Notes: a model not told the origin generated them from the sequence alone. DNA of 64,000 nucleotides from Treponemataceae bacterium (GCA_963678065.2 CAXXVZ010000003.1:704001-768000), one strand, 5' to 3'. Counted from the stretch's first letter, positions 1 through 11,213 are shown. Translations and numbers: made by a program.

Positions 1-440
1 TGCGTCGGTCTGCCCGGAGCGTCTTTCTTGCCCACTTCGTGGACGAAACCCTTGTCGAGGAGGTAGCGGATCATGCCGTCGGCCGAAACGCCGCGGATAG
101 CTTCGATTTCCGACCTGGTCACAGGCTGGGAGTAGGCCACGATCGAGAGGGTTTGCATGGCCGCCGCGGAGAGTCGCGAGTCGTTCTTCTTTCCGTACCT
201 GTCCTTGAGTTCGTCCCAGAGGCTGAGCTTCGGCACGAAGAGCCAGCCGCCTCCGGACTTCATCGGCTCGAGGCCGTGGCTGGACGCCGCATAGTCTTCG
301 GCCAGCTGCTCCAGGGCCAATGTGACGATTTCGGGAGAAAGTCCCGTGATGCGGGCGATGGAGGCTTCGTCCACAGCTTCGGACTCGAGGAAAAGGACGG
401 TCTCGACAAGGGCGGCCTCGCGTTCAAGCCTCGTTTCCAT
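1..440 (-). CDS. scpB: SMC-Scp complex subunit ScpB (partial, runs off the window start)
   Basis: Manual translation from ATG at 440: METRLEREAALVETVLFL...LSAAAMQTLSIVAYSQPVTRSEIEAIRGVSAD...GKKDAPGRP; typical ScpB motifs; directly downstream of scpA. Confidence 0.93.
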   Translation of the reverse strand, partial: METRLEREAALVETVLFLESEAVDEASIARITGLSPEIVTLALEQLAEDYAASSHGLEPMKSGGGWLFVPKLSLWDELKDRYGKKNDSRLSAAAMQTLSIVAYSQPVTRSEIEAIRGVSADGMIRYLLDKGFVHEVGKKDAPGRPT

Positions 441-1215
441 GGTTCTCCTCAGGGTAATCCCCGTGCCTGCGGATCACGATGTCGCCGAAGAGCCTGTGCT
501 GATAAATCGATATGACGCGATATTTCACCGATTCGAGCAGGGCCAAAAAGGCACAGACGAAATCCATGGTCGACTGCCGGCGCGTGATGAGGTCTGTGAA
601 GGAGAAGAACTCCCTTTCGGCGAGCAGTTCGTGGACGAGGGCGATTTTTTCGTTGATGCTGACCTCTTCGTACATGTCGATGATGCGTTCGGTGTTGACG
701 TGGGTGACGAGGGAGGAAAAAGTCTTGAGGAGGTCCCAGACATCCAGTTTTTCCCAGAGTTCGCCCTCGTCTGAAAAGGGGAGTTGGCGTTGGATTTTGG
801 TCCGCTCGACGCTCCACTCCACTTCCATCTCCCGGCGCTCCATCATCTCGGATATCTTCTTGTATTTCTGGTACTCGATGAGCTTTTCTATGAGTTCGTG
901 CCGAGGATCCTCGATTTCATCCCCAAGGTCCAGCTCCACGGGCAGGAGCATCCGCGATTTGATGTAGAGGAGGGTCGCGGCCATAGAGTAGAACTCGGAG
1001 AGGTCGTCCAGATCGACGTCCTTGCCCTCGTCGAGACAGACAAGGAATTGTTCCGTTATGGATGCGACCGGAATGTCGTATACGCTCACCTCGTTTTTTT
1101 TTATGAGGAATAGAAGGAGGTCGAGGGGGCCTTCGAAATCCTTGAGGCGATACCGTCGTCCTTCGCTCGCGTAGGCTTCCGTTTCGGCGGTACGGCCGGT
1201 CTGGGCTTGGGGCAT
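424..1215 (-). CDS. scpA: Segregation and condensation protein ScpA
   Basis: FEGPLDLLLFLIKKNEVSVYDIP and LLYIKSRMLLP motifs. Confidence 0.95.
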   Translation of the reverse strand: MPQAQTGRTAETEAYASEGRRYRLKDFEGPLDLLLFLIKKNEVSVYDIPVASITEQFLVCLDEGKDVDLDDLSEFYSMAATLLYIKSRMLLPVELDLGDEIEDPRHELIEKLIEYQKYKKISEMMERREMEVEWSVERTKIQRQLPFSDEGELWEKLDVWDLLKTFSSLVTHVNTERIIDMYEEVSINEKIALVHELLAEREFFSFTDLITRRQSTMDFVCAFLALLESVKYRVISIYQHRLFGDIVIRRHGDYPEENHGNEA

Positions 1216-1737
1216 TTAGGGGTAGAATAGAACATCGGACGCGGCTTGTGCAAGGCAAATGCCCTGAGGAGGAAGGCTGCGGAGATTCTCCGCCATGAGT
1301 CTTCCCGAAACCGGGTCCCTGAGGAGAGGCGACAGTTCCGCGAGGGGGAGGAGGACGAATTTCCGTTCCCGCATCAGCGCGTGGGGTATGACAAGATTGG
1401 GTTCGGCGATGATCCGGGCGCCATAGAGAAGGATATCGATGTCGAGGCTGCGCGGTCCCTTGAAGCTCTCTCTGGAGCGGTCCCTTCCATAGCGGGCCTC
1501 GATGCCGTTCACGAAGGCGAGGAGCTCGCGCGGCGAAAGCCCCGTTTCGGCTTCGAGGACGGCGTTGAAAAAATCCGGCTGATCCTCCACATACCTCGCG
1601 CGACTCCTCCAGATCGAGGAAAGCCGGGTACTGGAGAGTTTTTCCCCCAGATCGGCCACCGCGGCGGCGAGGATGCCGCCCGGGGAGAGTCCGCCCCGGC
1701 TCATATTGGAGCCGAGGCCGAGGTAGATCCGCTCCAC
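1216..1737 (-). CDS. folK: 2-amino-4-hydroxy-6-hydroxymethyldihydropteridine diphosphokinase
   Basis: IYLGLGSN, FFNAVL, GPRSLDIDILLY, IPH..MRERKFVL; GTG start at 1737 just after the recA stop. Confidence 0.93.
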   Translation of the reverse strand: MERIYLGLGSNMSRGGLSPGGILAAAVADLGEKLSSTRLSSIWRSRARYVEDQPDFFNAVLEAETGLSPRELLAFVNGIEARYGRDRSRESFKGPRSLDIDILLYGARIIAEPNLVIPHALMRERKFVLLPLAELSPLLRDPVSGRLMAENLRSLPPQGICLAQAASDVLFYP

Positions 1738-1739
1738 GA

Positions 1740-3023
1740 TCAGAAGAGGGCGTCGTCCTTGCCGCTGGCCGCGCCGACGGGACGGCCCAGGTCTGCGGGA
1801 ATGGCGATTCCGGCATCGGAAGCCGCCGCGCTCTTGGGCGGGCGTCCCGGTCCCCTCTTCTCGGCGGCCGGGGAGGCGGAAACCGCCGCAGGGGCCACTC
1901 CGCCCGCAGCTCCCGCACCCTGCGCCGGAGCTGCCTCGCTGCCGGCGGCGGAAGTCAGGCCGGAATCGGCGGATCCCTTTACGGGGAACATTTTGGCACG
2001 GATCTTTGCGTCCAGCTCGCGGGCGAAGTCGGTGTTCTGTTCCAGGTAGAGCTTGGCGTTGTCCCTGCCCTGCCCCACCTTCTCCTCGCCGCAGGTGTAC
2101 CATGACCCGCGCTTTTCGACGAGGCCATACTTTACCGCCGCGTCGATGAGGGATCCGGAGTAGGAAATTCCCTTGCCGAAGATGATCTCCACCTCGACTT
2201 TGCGGAAGGGCGGAGCAACCTTGTTTTTGACGATCTTGACTCTGACCTTGTTGCCGACCGCCTCTTCGTCGCCCTTCTCGATGGTTTCGATCTTGCGCAC
2301 CTCTATGCGGACGGAGGCGTAGAACTTGAGAGCGTTGCCGCCTGTCGTCGTCTCGGGATTGCCAAACATGACACCGATCTTCATGCGGATCTGGTTGATG
2401 AAGATGAGGATGGTCTTGCTCTTGGACAGCGTGCCCGTGAGCTTGCGCAGGGCCTGGCTCATGAGTCGGGCCTGGAGTCCGACGTGGGCGTCGCCCATGT
2501 CGCCCTCGATCTCGGCCTGTGGAGTCAGGGCCGCGACAGAGTCGATGACAATGATGTCGACCGCACCCGAGCGGATCAGGGATTCCGCTATGTCGAGGGC
2601 CTGCTCGCCGTTGTCGGGCTGGGAAACCCAGAGCTCGTCCACATCCACGCCCAGATTTTTCGCGTAGACGGGATCGAGAGCGTGTTCGGCGTCGATGAAG
2701 GCCGCGATGCCGCCCTTTTTCTGGGCCTCGGCTATGGCGTGGAGGGCGAGGGTCGTCTTGCCCGAAGATTCCGGGCCATAGATCTCGATGACGCGCCCTC
2801 TCGGAAAGCCTCCGATCCCGAGGGCCTCGTCGATGAGGATGGAACCTGAGGGGATGACGTCGATTCCCGGCGCATTCTCGAAGGATCCAAGCTTCATGAT
2901 GGATCCCAGACCGAACTGCTTCTCGATCTGAAGCCGCGCGACTTCCAGTGCCTTGAGCTTTTCGCTCTGTTCCGGTTGCGGCTTGTCGGACTGTCCGGCG
3001 GCCTGCTCCATTTTCCTGACCAT
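1740..3023 (-). CDS. recA: Recombinase RecA with a long C-terminal extension
   Basis: GPESSGKTT Walker [28 protein letters not shown] upstream of ATG at 3023. Confidence 0.98.
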   Translation of the reverse strand: MVRKMEQAAGQSDKPQPEQSEKLKALEVARLQIEKQFGLGSIMKLGSFENAPGIDVIPSGSILIDEALGIGGFPRGRVIEIYGPESSGKTTLALHAIAEAQKKGGIAAFIDAEHALDPVYAKNLGVDVDELWVSQPDNGEQALDIAESLIRSGAVDIIVIDSVAALTPQAEIEGDMGDAHVGLQARLMSQALRKLTGTLSKSKTILIFINQIRMKIGVMFGNPETTTGGNALKFYASVRIEVRKIETIEKGDEEAVGNKVRVKIVKNKVAPPFRKVEVEIIFGKGISYSGSLIDAAVKYGLVEKRGSWYTCGEEKVGQGRDNAKLYLEQNTDFARELDAKIRAKMFPVKGSADSGLTSAAGSEAAPAQGAGAAGGVAPAAVSASPAAEKRGPGRPPKSAAASDAGIAIPADLGRPVGAASGKDDALF

Positions 3024-3087
3024 GATTCCTCCACTGTCTACTGTACGCACCGGAATCGTCTTTCCGATTGAACGAAGTGGAATTATA

Positions 3088-4440
3088 TCAGACTTTTCTC
3101 ACGATCTCCAGAGGAGAGAGTCTCGCGGCCTTCCGGGCTGGCAGAAGGGATACCGCGGCGCAGAGAATGAGGGCGAGCGCGGCGATGAGGGCGATGGCTC
3201 CCGGCCTGAAGTCGACGGGGATCGAGCTCAGGTAGAACGAAGGATCGAGGAGGCGGAAGCCGGATGCCGGAATCGGGGCTCCCGAGAGGCCAGCGATGAG
3301 GCCGGAGAAGATATTCACCATCCTTTCAAGCAAGCCGATGATGTCGTTGATTCGCCAGGCGAGAAGGCTCCCCGCCGCGAGACCCGCGATCGTGCCGATG
3401 CCTCCGGTGAAAACCCCTGCATACAGGAACACGAGGCCGATGAAGACCGGCGACGCGCCTGTCGCCTTGAGAACGGCGATATCCTGCCTCCGTTCGACGA
3501 TGAGCATGGAGAGGGCAGACCCGACGTTGACGGCGGCAACAGCCACGGCGATGGCCATGATGAGGACGAGGAGGGCTCTGGTCGTCGAAAAAGACTTGAA
3601 GAGGCTCTGCTCGATTTCCGGCCAGGTCCTGACGTACCAGGATGACCCGCCGCGGGAATCCTGCGCCTTGAGCTCGCTCTCGATCCTCGCGCGCATCGAG
3701 TCGATCCGCGAGCTGTAAGGATCGTGCACTTTGATGCCCACCATGAACCTGGCTGTCTCGGGCGCGAGGATTTTGGCCCCGGAATCTTCGTTCACGAAGA
3801 GCCAGAGTGAGTCGAGCTCCCTGTACCCCGCGCTCACGATGCCCTTCACCCTGAAGAAGCTCAGTTTCGGAACCAGCTCCGGCACATTGTTTTCGGAGGC
3901 GTAGGATTTCGCGGTCATGAGGCTGAATGAGTCGCCCGTTTTGAGGCCGAGACCGCGGGCAAGAGCCTCGCCCAGCACCGCGTCGCGCCCGCGCATGTCT
4001 CCCGTGCTGCCTGAAACCGTTTCGAGATAGGTTTTGACGCCCGGATCGGAGAAAAAATCCTTGCCGACGGAACGGATGAGGGCGTTGGCGGTGTTCCCGC
4101 CCGCGAGCGCGATTCCGGGTCCCTGCGTCTCGGGTATGACAGAAACGATGTCAGGCAGGCTCCGCAGAGTTTCAAGCACCCTTTGCTTCTGATCCGGATC
4201 CTCCGGGGCCGCCCCGCTGCCCGTGAAGCTCGCCTGGAGATGGTAGGTCCCCGTCTCGATGTAGCGCGCCGTTATACCCTCGATCATGCCATCCGAGACA
4301 ACGAGAACCACGACGAGGGGGACCAGGCTGAGGGCAACCCCGAGTACGGCCCCGAGGAGGTAGCGCTGCCCCTTCTCGCCTTTGCCGCTCCTTCCTGTTA
4401 GGAAACTGCGCGCGAGCAGGACCGCGGGGAGGGTATTCAT
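3088..4440 (-). CDS. ABC transporter permease, LolC/LolE (FtsX/MacB) family
   Basis: N-terminal TM, periplasmic domain, [30 protein letters not shown]; start MNTLP overlaps the ATPase stop. Confidence 0.88.
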   Translation of the reverse strand: MNTLPAVLLARSFLTGRSGKGEKGQRYLLGAVLGVALSLVPLVVVLVVSDGMIEGITARYIETGTYHLQASFTGSGAAPEDPDQKQRVLETLRSLPDIVSVIPETQGPGIALAGGNTANALIRSVGKDFFSDPGVKTYLETVSGSTGDMRGRDAVLGEALARGLGLKTGDSFSLMTAKSYASENNVPELVPKLSFFRVKGIVSAGYRELDSLWLFVNEDSGAKILAPETARFMVGIKVHDPYSSRIDSMRARIESELKAQDSRGGSSWYVRTWPEIEQSLFKSFSTTRALLVLIMAIAVAVAAVNVGSALSMLIVERRQDIAVLKATGASPVFIGLVFLYAGVFTGGIGTIAGLAAGSLLAWRINDIIGLLERMVNIFSGLIAGLSGAPIPASGFRLLDPSFYLSSIPVDFRPGAIALIAALALILCAAVSLLPARKAARLSPLEIVRKV

Positions 4441-5117
4441 CGCAGGCTCAGCCTTCCGTTTTCGAGGAGGTACTGTTTCCCGGCAGTCGCGGCGAGCCCG
4501 GGATCGTGGGTCACGAGGACGAGGGTCGCGCCGCAGGAAGCCGGCAGCCCGAAGAGTATATCGCGGACTCCCTCTGCGCTCGCCTTGTCGAGATTGCCTG
4601 TCGGCTCGTCGGCGAGGACGAGGGCCGGCTGGTTCACGATGGCGCGCGCGATGGCCGCGCGCTGCCTCTCCCCGCCCGAGAGCTGCGAAGGATAGTGGTC
4701 GCAGCGGCCGGAGAGCCCCAGGGACTCCAGGATGGCCGTGGCCCTCTCCATGGCCTCGCGGCGGGACTTCCCGGCCATGAGCGCAGGCATGGCGACATTC
4801 TCGCGGGCGGAGAGATCCTTGAGGAGGTAGTGGAACTGGAAGACGAATCCGGTCACGAGGGAGCGATACTCGGTGAGTTTTTTCTCGGGCAGGGAATCGA
4901 GCCGCCACTCCCCCACCCGGACCTTTCCCGAAGTCGCGCGGTCGAGGCCTCCGAGTATGGATAGAAGGGTGCTTTTCCCGGAGCCGCTCGCTCCCGTGAC
5001 AGCCACGCTCGCGCCGCGTTCCACGGAAAAATCCAGTTCCTTCAGGATCGCGAGATTCTCGGCGTCGGTCGTGTAGGTCTTGCAGAGCCCGACGCATTCG
5101 ATAAGGTTTTCATTCAT
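4437..5117 (-). CDS. lolD: ABC ATP-binding protein, LolD-like
   Basis: GASGSGKST, LSGGERQR, LADEPTGNLD; lies between two LolC/E-like permeases. Confidence 0.85.
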   Translation of the reverse strand: MNENLIECVGLCKTYTTDAENLAILKELDFSVERGASVAVTGASGSGKSTLLSILGGLDRATSGKVRVGEWRLDSLPEKKLTEYRSLVTGFVFQFHYLLKDLSARENVAMPALMAGKSRREAMERATAILESLGLSGRCDHYPSQLSGGERQRAAIARAIVNQPALVLADEPTGNLDKASAEGVRDILFGLPASCGATLVLVTHDPGLAATAGKQYLLENGRLSLR

Positions 5118-6450
5118 ACCGCAACACCTGTGCCGGGTCGAGCCGCGACAACCGTGAAGCCGCCGAACCGGCGGCGAAAGCCGAGGAAGCGATGGCCGCG
5201 CCCGCTATGAAGGTGGTTTCCGCAAAGGAAACCCGCACGGGAACATCGACAAGATAGAAATACCGCGGCGAAAAAATCCGGTAGTCGCCGGCCTTTCCTC
5301 CCGCCAGGCTCGCCACGAGCCCCATTACGGCCTTCGTCAAGAATTCCGCGAGCTGGAAGATGCCGTTTATGTTGTACACGATGGCGAGTCCCGCGGCGAG
5401 TCCGAGGGCGGCTCCGGCGAGTCCGACCGCTATGCCGTCGAGAAGAAATACGGCGGCAATGTCGGAGGCGCGACCTCCCATGGCGCGGATCACTGCGATC
5501 TCCACAGTCCGCTGGGCCACATTGCGTCGCATCGCGTGGTGGATATTCACTCCCACTACGAGGAATATGAGTCCGACGAGGAGCATCATGACCGTCTTTT
5601 CGGTCCGGAGAGCCCCGAAAAAAGCCCTGTTGTAGGAGCGCCACGACTGAATGTGCGAGGAAGGGATGCTTGTCTCGGCCGCAATGGCCGCGACGGCGCG
5701 CCCATCGGCGTAGCGGTTGTCCAGCTTGACACCGTAGGTCAGGTTTCCTGACGATCCGGGCGGTACAAGAGGCTCCAAGGTGGCGAAGTCGGCGAGAGCG
5801 AGGCCCGAATCGAACTCGTAGTACCCTGACCGGAATATCTCCGAGACCCTGACTGTGGTGCTTTTTGTCGACGCGCCCTCGTCGGGATCGCTGACTACGG
5901 ACAAAAGGCTGAGGGTATCGCCGACGGAAACATCCAGCTTGCGGGCGAGTTCCGAGCCGATGAGGAGGCCTCCCGCCCCGGGCATATCCTTGCCCGAAAG
6001 TCCGAGGGCGGCGGCCATTCCGGAATCGCGGAGAAAAGCGTCGAAGGGGAGAGCGCGCAGGGAAATGACCATCGCGGATCGCGTCGCCGAGGAGCCGAGG
6101 CAGCGCAGTTCCCGGAACGGAAGGACGCTGCGTACGCCGGGCAGGGATCGGATGCGGTCCGAAAGTTCATCCGTGAGCTCGCTCCTGGAATCGCCAGAAG
6201 GCCCGCCCTTGAACGCGGGAGACTTCTCGCCGGCCCCTTTCTCGATCCGTATGTGGAAGCTCGAGACTTCGAGGATGGAATCGATGTAGCCACCCTGAAA
6301 ACCATTCATTACGCCAAGGACGACAATGAGAGCCGCGACGCCGACAGCCATCCCCGCGGCGGGGAGAACCGAAAGTGCAGGAATCCTCCTGTTTCTCCCT
6401 GTCAGGAACCAGCGTCTGACGAGGAGTCCGATCCAGGGAGAAGATTTCAC
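5110..6450 (-). CDS. ABC transporter permease, LolC/LolE family
   Basis: GMAVGVAALIVVLGVMNGF, TEKTVMMLL, LDPAQVLRYE; GTG start overlaps the ftsY stop. Confidence 0.88.
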   Translation of the reverse strand: MKSSPWIGLLVRRWFLTGRNRRIPALSVLPAAGMAVGVAALIVVLGVMNGFQGGYIDSILEVSSFHIRIEKGAGEKSPAFKGGPSGDSRSELTDELSDRIRSLPGVRSVLPFRELRCLGSSATRSAMVISLRALPFDAFLRDSGMAAALGLSGKDMPGAGGLLIGSELARKLDVSVGDTLSLLSVVSDPDEGASTKSTTVRVSEIFRSGYYEFDSGLALADFATLEPLVPPGSSGNLTYGVKLDNRYADGRAVAAIAAETSIPSSHIQSWRSYNRAFFGALRTEKTVMMLLVGLIFLVVGVNIHHAMRRNVAQRTVEIAVIRAMGGRASDIAAVFLLDGIAVGLAGAALGLAAGLAIVYNINGIFQLAEFLTKAVMGLVASLAGGKAGDYRIFSPRYFYLVDVPVRVSFAETTFIAGAAIASSAFAAGSAASRLSRLDPAQVLRYE

Positions 6451-7319
6451 CTTCCGGTTCCCAGAAAGTCGTCGAGAAACGAGAAGAGGGAGAAGGGGAC
6501 AAAATCCCGGTAATGCTCTCCGGTTCCGAGGAAGGCAGTGGGGAGCCCCAGCTCCTTCGCGAGGGCTATGGCCATGCCTCCCTTCGCCGAGGAATCGTAT
6601 TTTGTCAGGATGATGCCGTCCACGGGGACCGCCTGGCTGAAAGTCTCCGCCTGTCTGAGTCCGTTCTGCCCCGTCGTCGCGTCGATGACGAGGAGGCGCA
6701 CACGGTTCGCGCCCGGAGCGCGGGTGTCGATGATCCTGTCGATCTTTCCAAGTTCCCTGAGGAGGTCCTGACGGGTATGCATGCGTCCCGCGGTGTCCGC
6801 GATGACGAGTCCCTGTCCCTCGGCCTTGATGGCCTCGATCGCGTCCCAGAGGACGGCGCCCGGATCGGAGCCCGGCTGCTGCGCCACGACGCGGAGTCCG
6901 AGCCTTTCGCCGTGGATTTTCAGCTGGTCGATGGCCGCCGCCCTGAACGTGTCCCCGGCGGCGAGGACAATCTTTCCCTTGTATCCGGAAGAACGGAAGC
7001 GTTCTGCGAGCTTCGCGCAGCTTGTCGTTTTGCCCACACCGTTCACGCCGACAAGGAGGAAGACATTGATCACGCCTTCTTCGGGCTCGATGCTCGCCTC
7101 CTTGCCGTATTTCATGAGGATGTCCTTGAGCTCGAGTTTGATGGATGCGGGATCGGAAATGCGCTTCTTGTGGCAAACAGCCTTGAGTTCGTCGCTCACC
7201 GCGTAGGCGAGGGATGCTCCGAGGTCTCCCTCGACGAGGAGATCGGCGAGGTCGTCGAAGAGCTCGGTGTCGGTCCGGCCTATGCCGAAGAAGGCCTTCA
7301 GTTTTTCCGCAAATTTCAT
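6447..7319 (-). CDS. ftsY: Signal recognition particle receptor FtsY (NG domain only)
   Basis: GVNGVGKTT, DTFRAAA, DTAGR, TKYDSSAKGG. Confidence 0.95.
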   Translation of the reverse strand: MKFAEKLKAFFGIGRTDTELFDDLADLLVEGDLGASLAYAVSDELKAVCHKKRISDPASIKLELKDILMKYGKEASIEPEEGVINVFLLVGVNGVGKTTSCAKLAERFRSSGYKGKIVLAAGDTFRAAAIDQLKIHGERLGLRVVAQQPGSDPGAVLWDAIEAIKAEGQGLVIADTAGRMHTRQDLLRELGKIDRIIDTRAPGANRVRLLVIDATTGQNGLRQAETFSQAVPVDGIILTKYDSSAKGGMAIALAKELGLPTAFLGTGEHYRDFVPFSLFSFLDDFLGTGR

Positions 7320-7380
7320 GCATGACTCCTCAAGATCCGCGGGATGGCCCGGTCGAGTCTCCCGCCGCAGTCCTGTATAA

Positions 7381-8838
7381 CTAGTGTGCCGCGCCAAGGA
7401 AATCGACGAGGCGGATTATGGTGTTCACCGCGAAAACTGCAGTCGCCACGATTCCAACACCCAAAACAGCGCCGGACACAGTATATCCCGTAACGATGCG
7501 GGAATCGCTTGTCCGCGTGGCGGCCTCGGCGTAGAGCGAGAAATTTCCGCCGGCCAGAACGGTAAAGGGTATTGACCCCACGAAAAAGCCCAAGGCCGAA
7601 TAGAATCTGTCTTTTTTGGAAGCGAAGGTCGGAGCGTAGCCCTTTCCCGCCCCTTCGTCGAGGATTTTCATCATTCCGGGATCGAGCGCGGCCTCGGTTT
7701 TCTTGTCCTTCCCGCTTCCTGCAAGCGGAACCAGATCGATGGCGAGAGTCTTGTCCTCGCCGGGAGCGATATCGACAGTCGTTCTGTAAGTCCTGTATCC
7801 TTCAGCCCTTGCGACCACGGACAATTTTGCCGGAGAGTAGAAAAAGAGCCTGCGGTTCGTCCCTCCGGGGTCCACCCCATCGATGTCGAGGAGGGCGTCT
7901 GAAGGTTTTACCCTGAGATCGAGGCGAGCGAGAGGCCTGTCCGCGATCCACTCCTCGATGGCGGCCGCGATGCCGGGACAGACTTCCTGAGGCCTCCGCG
8001 CAGTGGTTTTACCTGTATACAACAGTGTAACTTTCCCGCTGGCTTTTTCGTATCCCTTAACAGTGACCGCGATATCATCGCCTTCCCTGCGGACGGAACC
8101 GAACACGAGACCATCGAGCCTCTCCGCAGCGGCGGTCTTCGCGGGTCCCTCGGAATCAAGCTCGGGCAGGACCCCGGAAGATGCGCCCTTCCACCAGAGA
8201 GAAGCAGACGCCGCTTTGGCCGCAGCGGCGACCGTGGTGCTTGTCGTCGTTGAAACCTCTGCCCCGGAGACGGTTCCGGCTCCCCCCGAGCCCGTCCCCG
8301 TCCCAGAGCCAGGAGAAGACAGTCCCAATCCTCGCAGCAGCCCCGACAGTGGATTCTCGCCCTTGAGGTCCTGAATTCGGGCCCTCGCAGTCTCGATTCG
8401 GATGTTCACCGTCCGCAATTCGGCCGCCCTCCTCGCCTCATCCATGTCTGGATCGAGTTCGATGCGAGCCGCCTCGTCGAGGGCCTTGGCCAGCTCCTTT
8501 CCGGCAGCGAACAGCAGGATCTGCGTATCTGCGGCCGAGGATTCCGGGGGGGAAGCCGGCGCAGGAGGAGGTCTGTCCGGCAAGACGGGCAGGCTTTCCA
8601 TCACAAGCCGGGGCAGGATTGCGCCGAAAAAAACCCGGGAGTTGCCGCCCCCAGAGCCTTCTTCCTCAAAGCGCGCTATTCCCAGAATCCATGAGGCGGA
8701 GGAAGCTGTCGGGGAGGAACTCGTCCCGGAGTCGAAACCCGCGGAGGGAGTCTGCTGCGCGGCGGCCGGCAAGCCCGCACACAGGGCCAGGGCCGAGGCA
8801 GCGAGAAACGTGAAGCCTTTCAGAAGCCAGTGCCACAT
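7381..8838 (-). CDS. Exported/membrane protein with a PEGA-like domain
   Basis: Signal peptide, Gly/Ser/Thr linker, PEGA-like segment (VKPSDALLDIDG...AEGYRTYRTTVDI), two C-terminal TM helices. Confidence 0.6.
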   Translation of the reverse strand: MWHWLLKGFTFLAASALALCAGLPAAAQQTPSAGFDSGTSSSPTASSASWILGIARFEEEGSGGGNSRVFFGAILPRLVMESLPVLPDRPPPAPASPPESSAADTQILLFAAGKELAKALDEAARIELDPDMDEARRAAELRTVNIRIETARARIQDLKGENPLSGLLRGLGLSSPGSGTGTGSGGAGTVSGAEVSTTTSTTVAAAAKAASASLWWKGASSGVLPELDSEGPAKTAAAERLDGLVFGSVRREGDDIAVTVKGYEKASGKVTLLYTGKTTARRPQEVCPGIAAAIEEWIADRPLARLDLRVKPSDALLDIDGVDPGGTNRRLFFYSPAKLSVVARAEGYRTYRTTVDIAPGEDKTLAIDLVPLAGSGKDKKTEAALDPGMMKILDEGAGKGYAPTFASKKDRFYSALGFFVGSIPFTVLAGGNFSLYAEAATRTSDSRIVTGYTVSGAVLGVGIVATAVFAVNTIIRLVDFLGAAH

Positions 8839-8859
8839 CGGTCCCGCTCCATCGGAGTG

Positions 8860-9994
8860 CTAGAGATCCTCGTCGGTTTCGTCGCCCTGGATCGTGCCGC
8901 CTTTCCATTTCCAGTGCAAGTAGGCGTCGATGAAGGGATCGATGTCCCCATCCATGACGGGCTGGATGTTGCCGACGAAGAACTTGTTCCGGTGATCCTT
9001 GACCATGGTGTAGGGCTGGAAGACATAGGAGCGGATCTGGGAACCCCAGGCTATCTCCTTCTTCTCCGAGGCGAACTTGGCGTTCTCCTTGTCCTTCTCC
9101 AGCCTGTAATACTCGTAGAGGCGGGATTTGAGGACGCTCATGGCGACGTCCTTGTTCTTGTACTGGCTGCGCTCGTTCTGGCAGGTGACGACTATCCCCG
9201 TGGCGAGGTGGGTTATGCGGACTGCCGAATCGGTCTTGTTGACCTTCTGGCCTCCCGCTCCGCCCGATCGGTAGGTGTCGATGCGGATGTCCTCGGGACG
9301 TATCTCCACATCGATCGAGTCGTCGAGGACGGGCGTTATGTAGACCGAGGCGAAGGATGTGTGGCGGCGGGCATTGGCGTCGAAGGGAGAGATGCGGACG
9401 AGCCTGTGGACGCCCGACTCGCCCCTGAGGTAGCCGTAGGCATAGTCGCCGTCGATCTGCATCGTGACGGATTTGATCCCGCCCTCCGCCTCGAGAAGGT
9501 CAAGGACCTCGGCCTTGAATTTCCTGCGCTCGGCCCAGCGCGTGTACATGCGCATGAGCATGTAGGCCCAGTCGCACGCTTCGGTGCCGCCTGAGCCGGC
9601 GTGGATGGAGAGAAAGGCCGAGGATTTGTCCGCTTCGCCCGACAGGAGTTCGATGACGGCATTCTTGTCGAAGCGCACGCGGAGTTCACCGTAGCTCGCC
9701 CTGAGATCGGCCTCCATCGAATCGCCGCCCTCTTCGCGGGAGAGCTGGTAAATTTCGACGAGGGCCTGTGCGTCGTTCCTGAGCCGCGTCCAGGTTTCGA
9801 TCCTGTCCTTCATCATCTTGATGTCAGTCATGATCTTGCCGGCGCGTGCGCCGTCGTTCCAGAAGCCCGGCTCGGCCGTGAGAGCTTCTTTTTCCGCTAT
9901 ACGGCGCTCGAGTGCCGCGGCGTCAAAGACGCCCCCAGATTTCGAGGATTTCCGTGGAAAGGTCGTTTATGGGATTCATGAGTTCTTCGAGCAT
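8860..9994 (-). CDS. prfB: Peptide chain release factor 2 with programmed +1 frameshift
   Basis: GGQ and SPF motifs; short upstream frame MLEELMNPINDLSTEILEIWGRL ends at CTT-TGA-C (9928-9922) preceded by a GGGGG SD-like run. Confidence 0.96.
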
Positions 9995-10165
9995 TGTGTC
10001 CTCTTTGCTGCCCTCGCGGCTGATATCGAATGAAATCCGCCCCTGAAGGATGGAATTCAATAATAAAGAAGAGTAGCGCGGAACGGGGCGGAGGGTCAAT
10101 CGAAGCGATTTTTCGCCCCGCCCCGCCCCGTCTGCATGGCGGGCAATGATGGCCGCCATGAGTCT

Positions 10166-11197
10166 TCAGAGCGAGAAGGAGTAGACAGTCTCGTGGGCCC
10201 AGACCTGACCGGGCTCGAGAACGACACTGGGGAAGGAGGGCTGGTTGGGCGAGTCGGGAAAGAACTGGGTCTCGAGGCAGAACCCCGCATGCTTGTCGTA
10301 GAGCGAGCCCCGCTTGCCCGAAATGGCGGAGAGGAAATTCCCCGAGTAGAACTGACAGCCGGGAAGGGTCGTCGATACCCTCATGCGCCTTCCGGACAGA
10401 GGCTCGTAAACCTCCGCGAATTCGACGAGGCCGGGTCCCGCCCTGTCCACGGCATAGTTGTGGTCGTACCCACCGGGGGTGTGGACTATCTTTTCGCCGA
10501 TTATGGCGCCCGCACGGAAATCGAAGGGGCCATTGGCCACTTCGGCGAGCTCGCCCGTGGGAATGAGGGTGGGACCGACAGGAGCGATGCGCGAGCATGC
10601 AAGCTTCATGCTGTGGTCGAGGATGCTGCCCCTGCCCTCGCCTTTCAGGTTGAAATAGCTGTGGTTGGTCAGGTTGACGATGGTCTTCGCGTCGGTCCGC
10701 GCTTCGTACTCGATGGATAGATCGCCCGCGGGGCAGAGAGTGAACGTCACCGAAGCTTCGAGCCTGCCCGGATAGCCTTCCTCGCCGTCGGGGCTCGTGC
10801 GGGAGAAACGGATGCGCGGTTCAGGATTCTCGGCGAGGACTTCGGCCCTCCAGATATACTTGTCGAAGCCCTTGATTCCGCCGTGGAGGTGATTTTCTCC
10901 GTTGTTCGCGGCGAGCTGATACTCCGCGCCATCGAGGGAAAAACGCGCCTTGGCTATCCGGTTGGCGTAGCGGCCGACGGTGGCGCCGAAGAAGGAGTGT
11001 TTGCCTGTGTATCCCGCGAGAGTGGAAAATCCAAGGGTTACATCTTCAGCCACGCCGCGGCGATCGGGAACCAGGAGCGATACCAGGATGGCACCGTAGT
11101 CGGTGAATGTCGCCGTAAAGTCGCCGGCCTTCAAAACATAGAGAGAGACATCCTCGCCGGTTCCGAGCGTGCCGAAATTTTTCTTCTGGATGGACAT
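10166..11197 (-). CDS. galM: Aldose 1-epimerase (galactose mutarotase)
   Basis: GRYANRI, NHLHGG, NLTNHSYFNL, GYDHNY, FCLETQ. Confidence 0.93.
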   Translation of the reverse strand: MSIQKKNFGTLGTGEDVSLYVLKAGDFTATFTDYGAILVSLLVPDRRGVAEDVTLGFSTLAGYTGKHSFFGATVGRYANRIAKARFSLDGAEYQLAANNGENHLHGGIKGFDKYIWRAEVLAENPEPRIRFSRTSPDGEEGYPGRLEASVTFTLCPAGDLSIEYEARTDAKTIVNLTNHSYFNLKGEGRGSILDHSMKLACSRIAPVGPTLIPTGELAEVANGPFDFRAGAIIGEKIVHTPGGYDHNYAVDRAGPGLVEFAEVYEPLSGRRMRVSTTLPGCQFYSGNFLSAISGKRGSLYDKHAGFCLETQFFPDSPNQPSFPSVVLEPGQVWAHETVYSFSL

Positions 11198-11213
11198 GCT
11201 GCATTCCTGCCTT

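Noticed and set aside
8860..9994. prfB as a pseudogene
   Set aside because: The break is the canonical programmed frameshift site.
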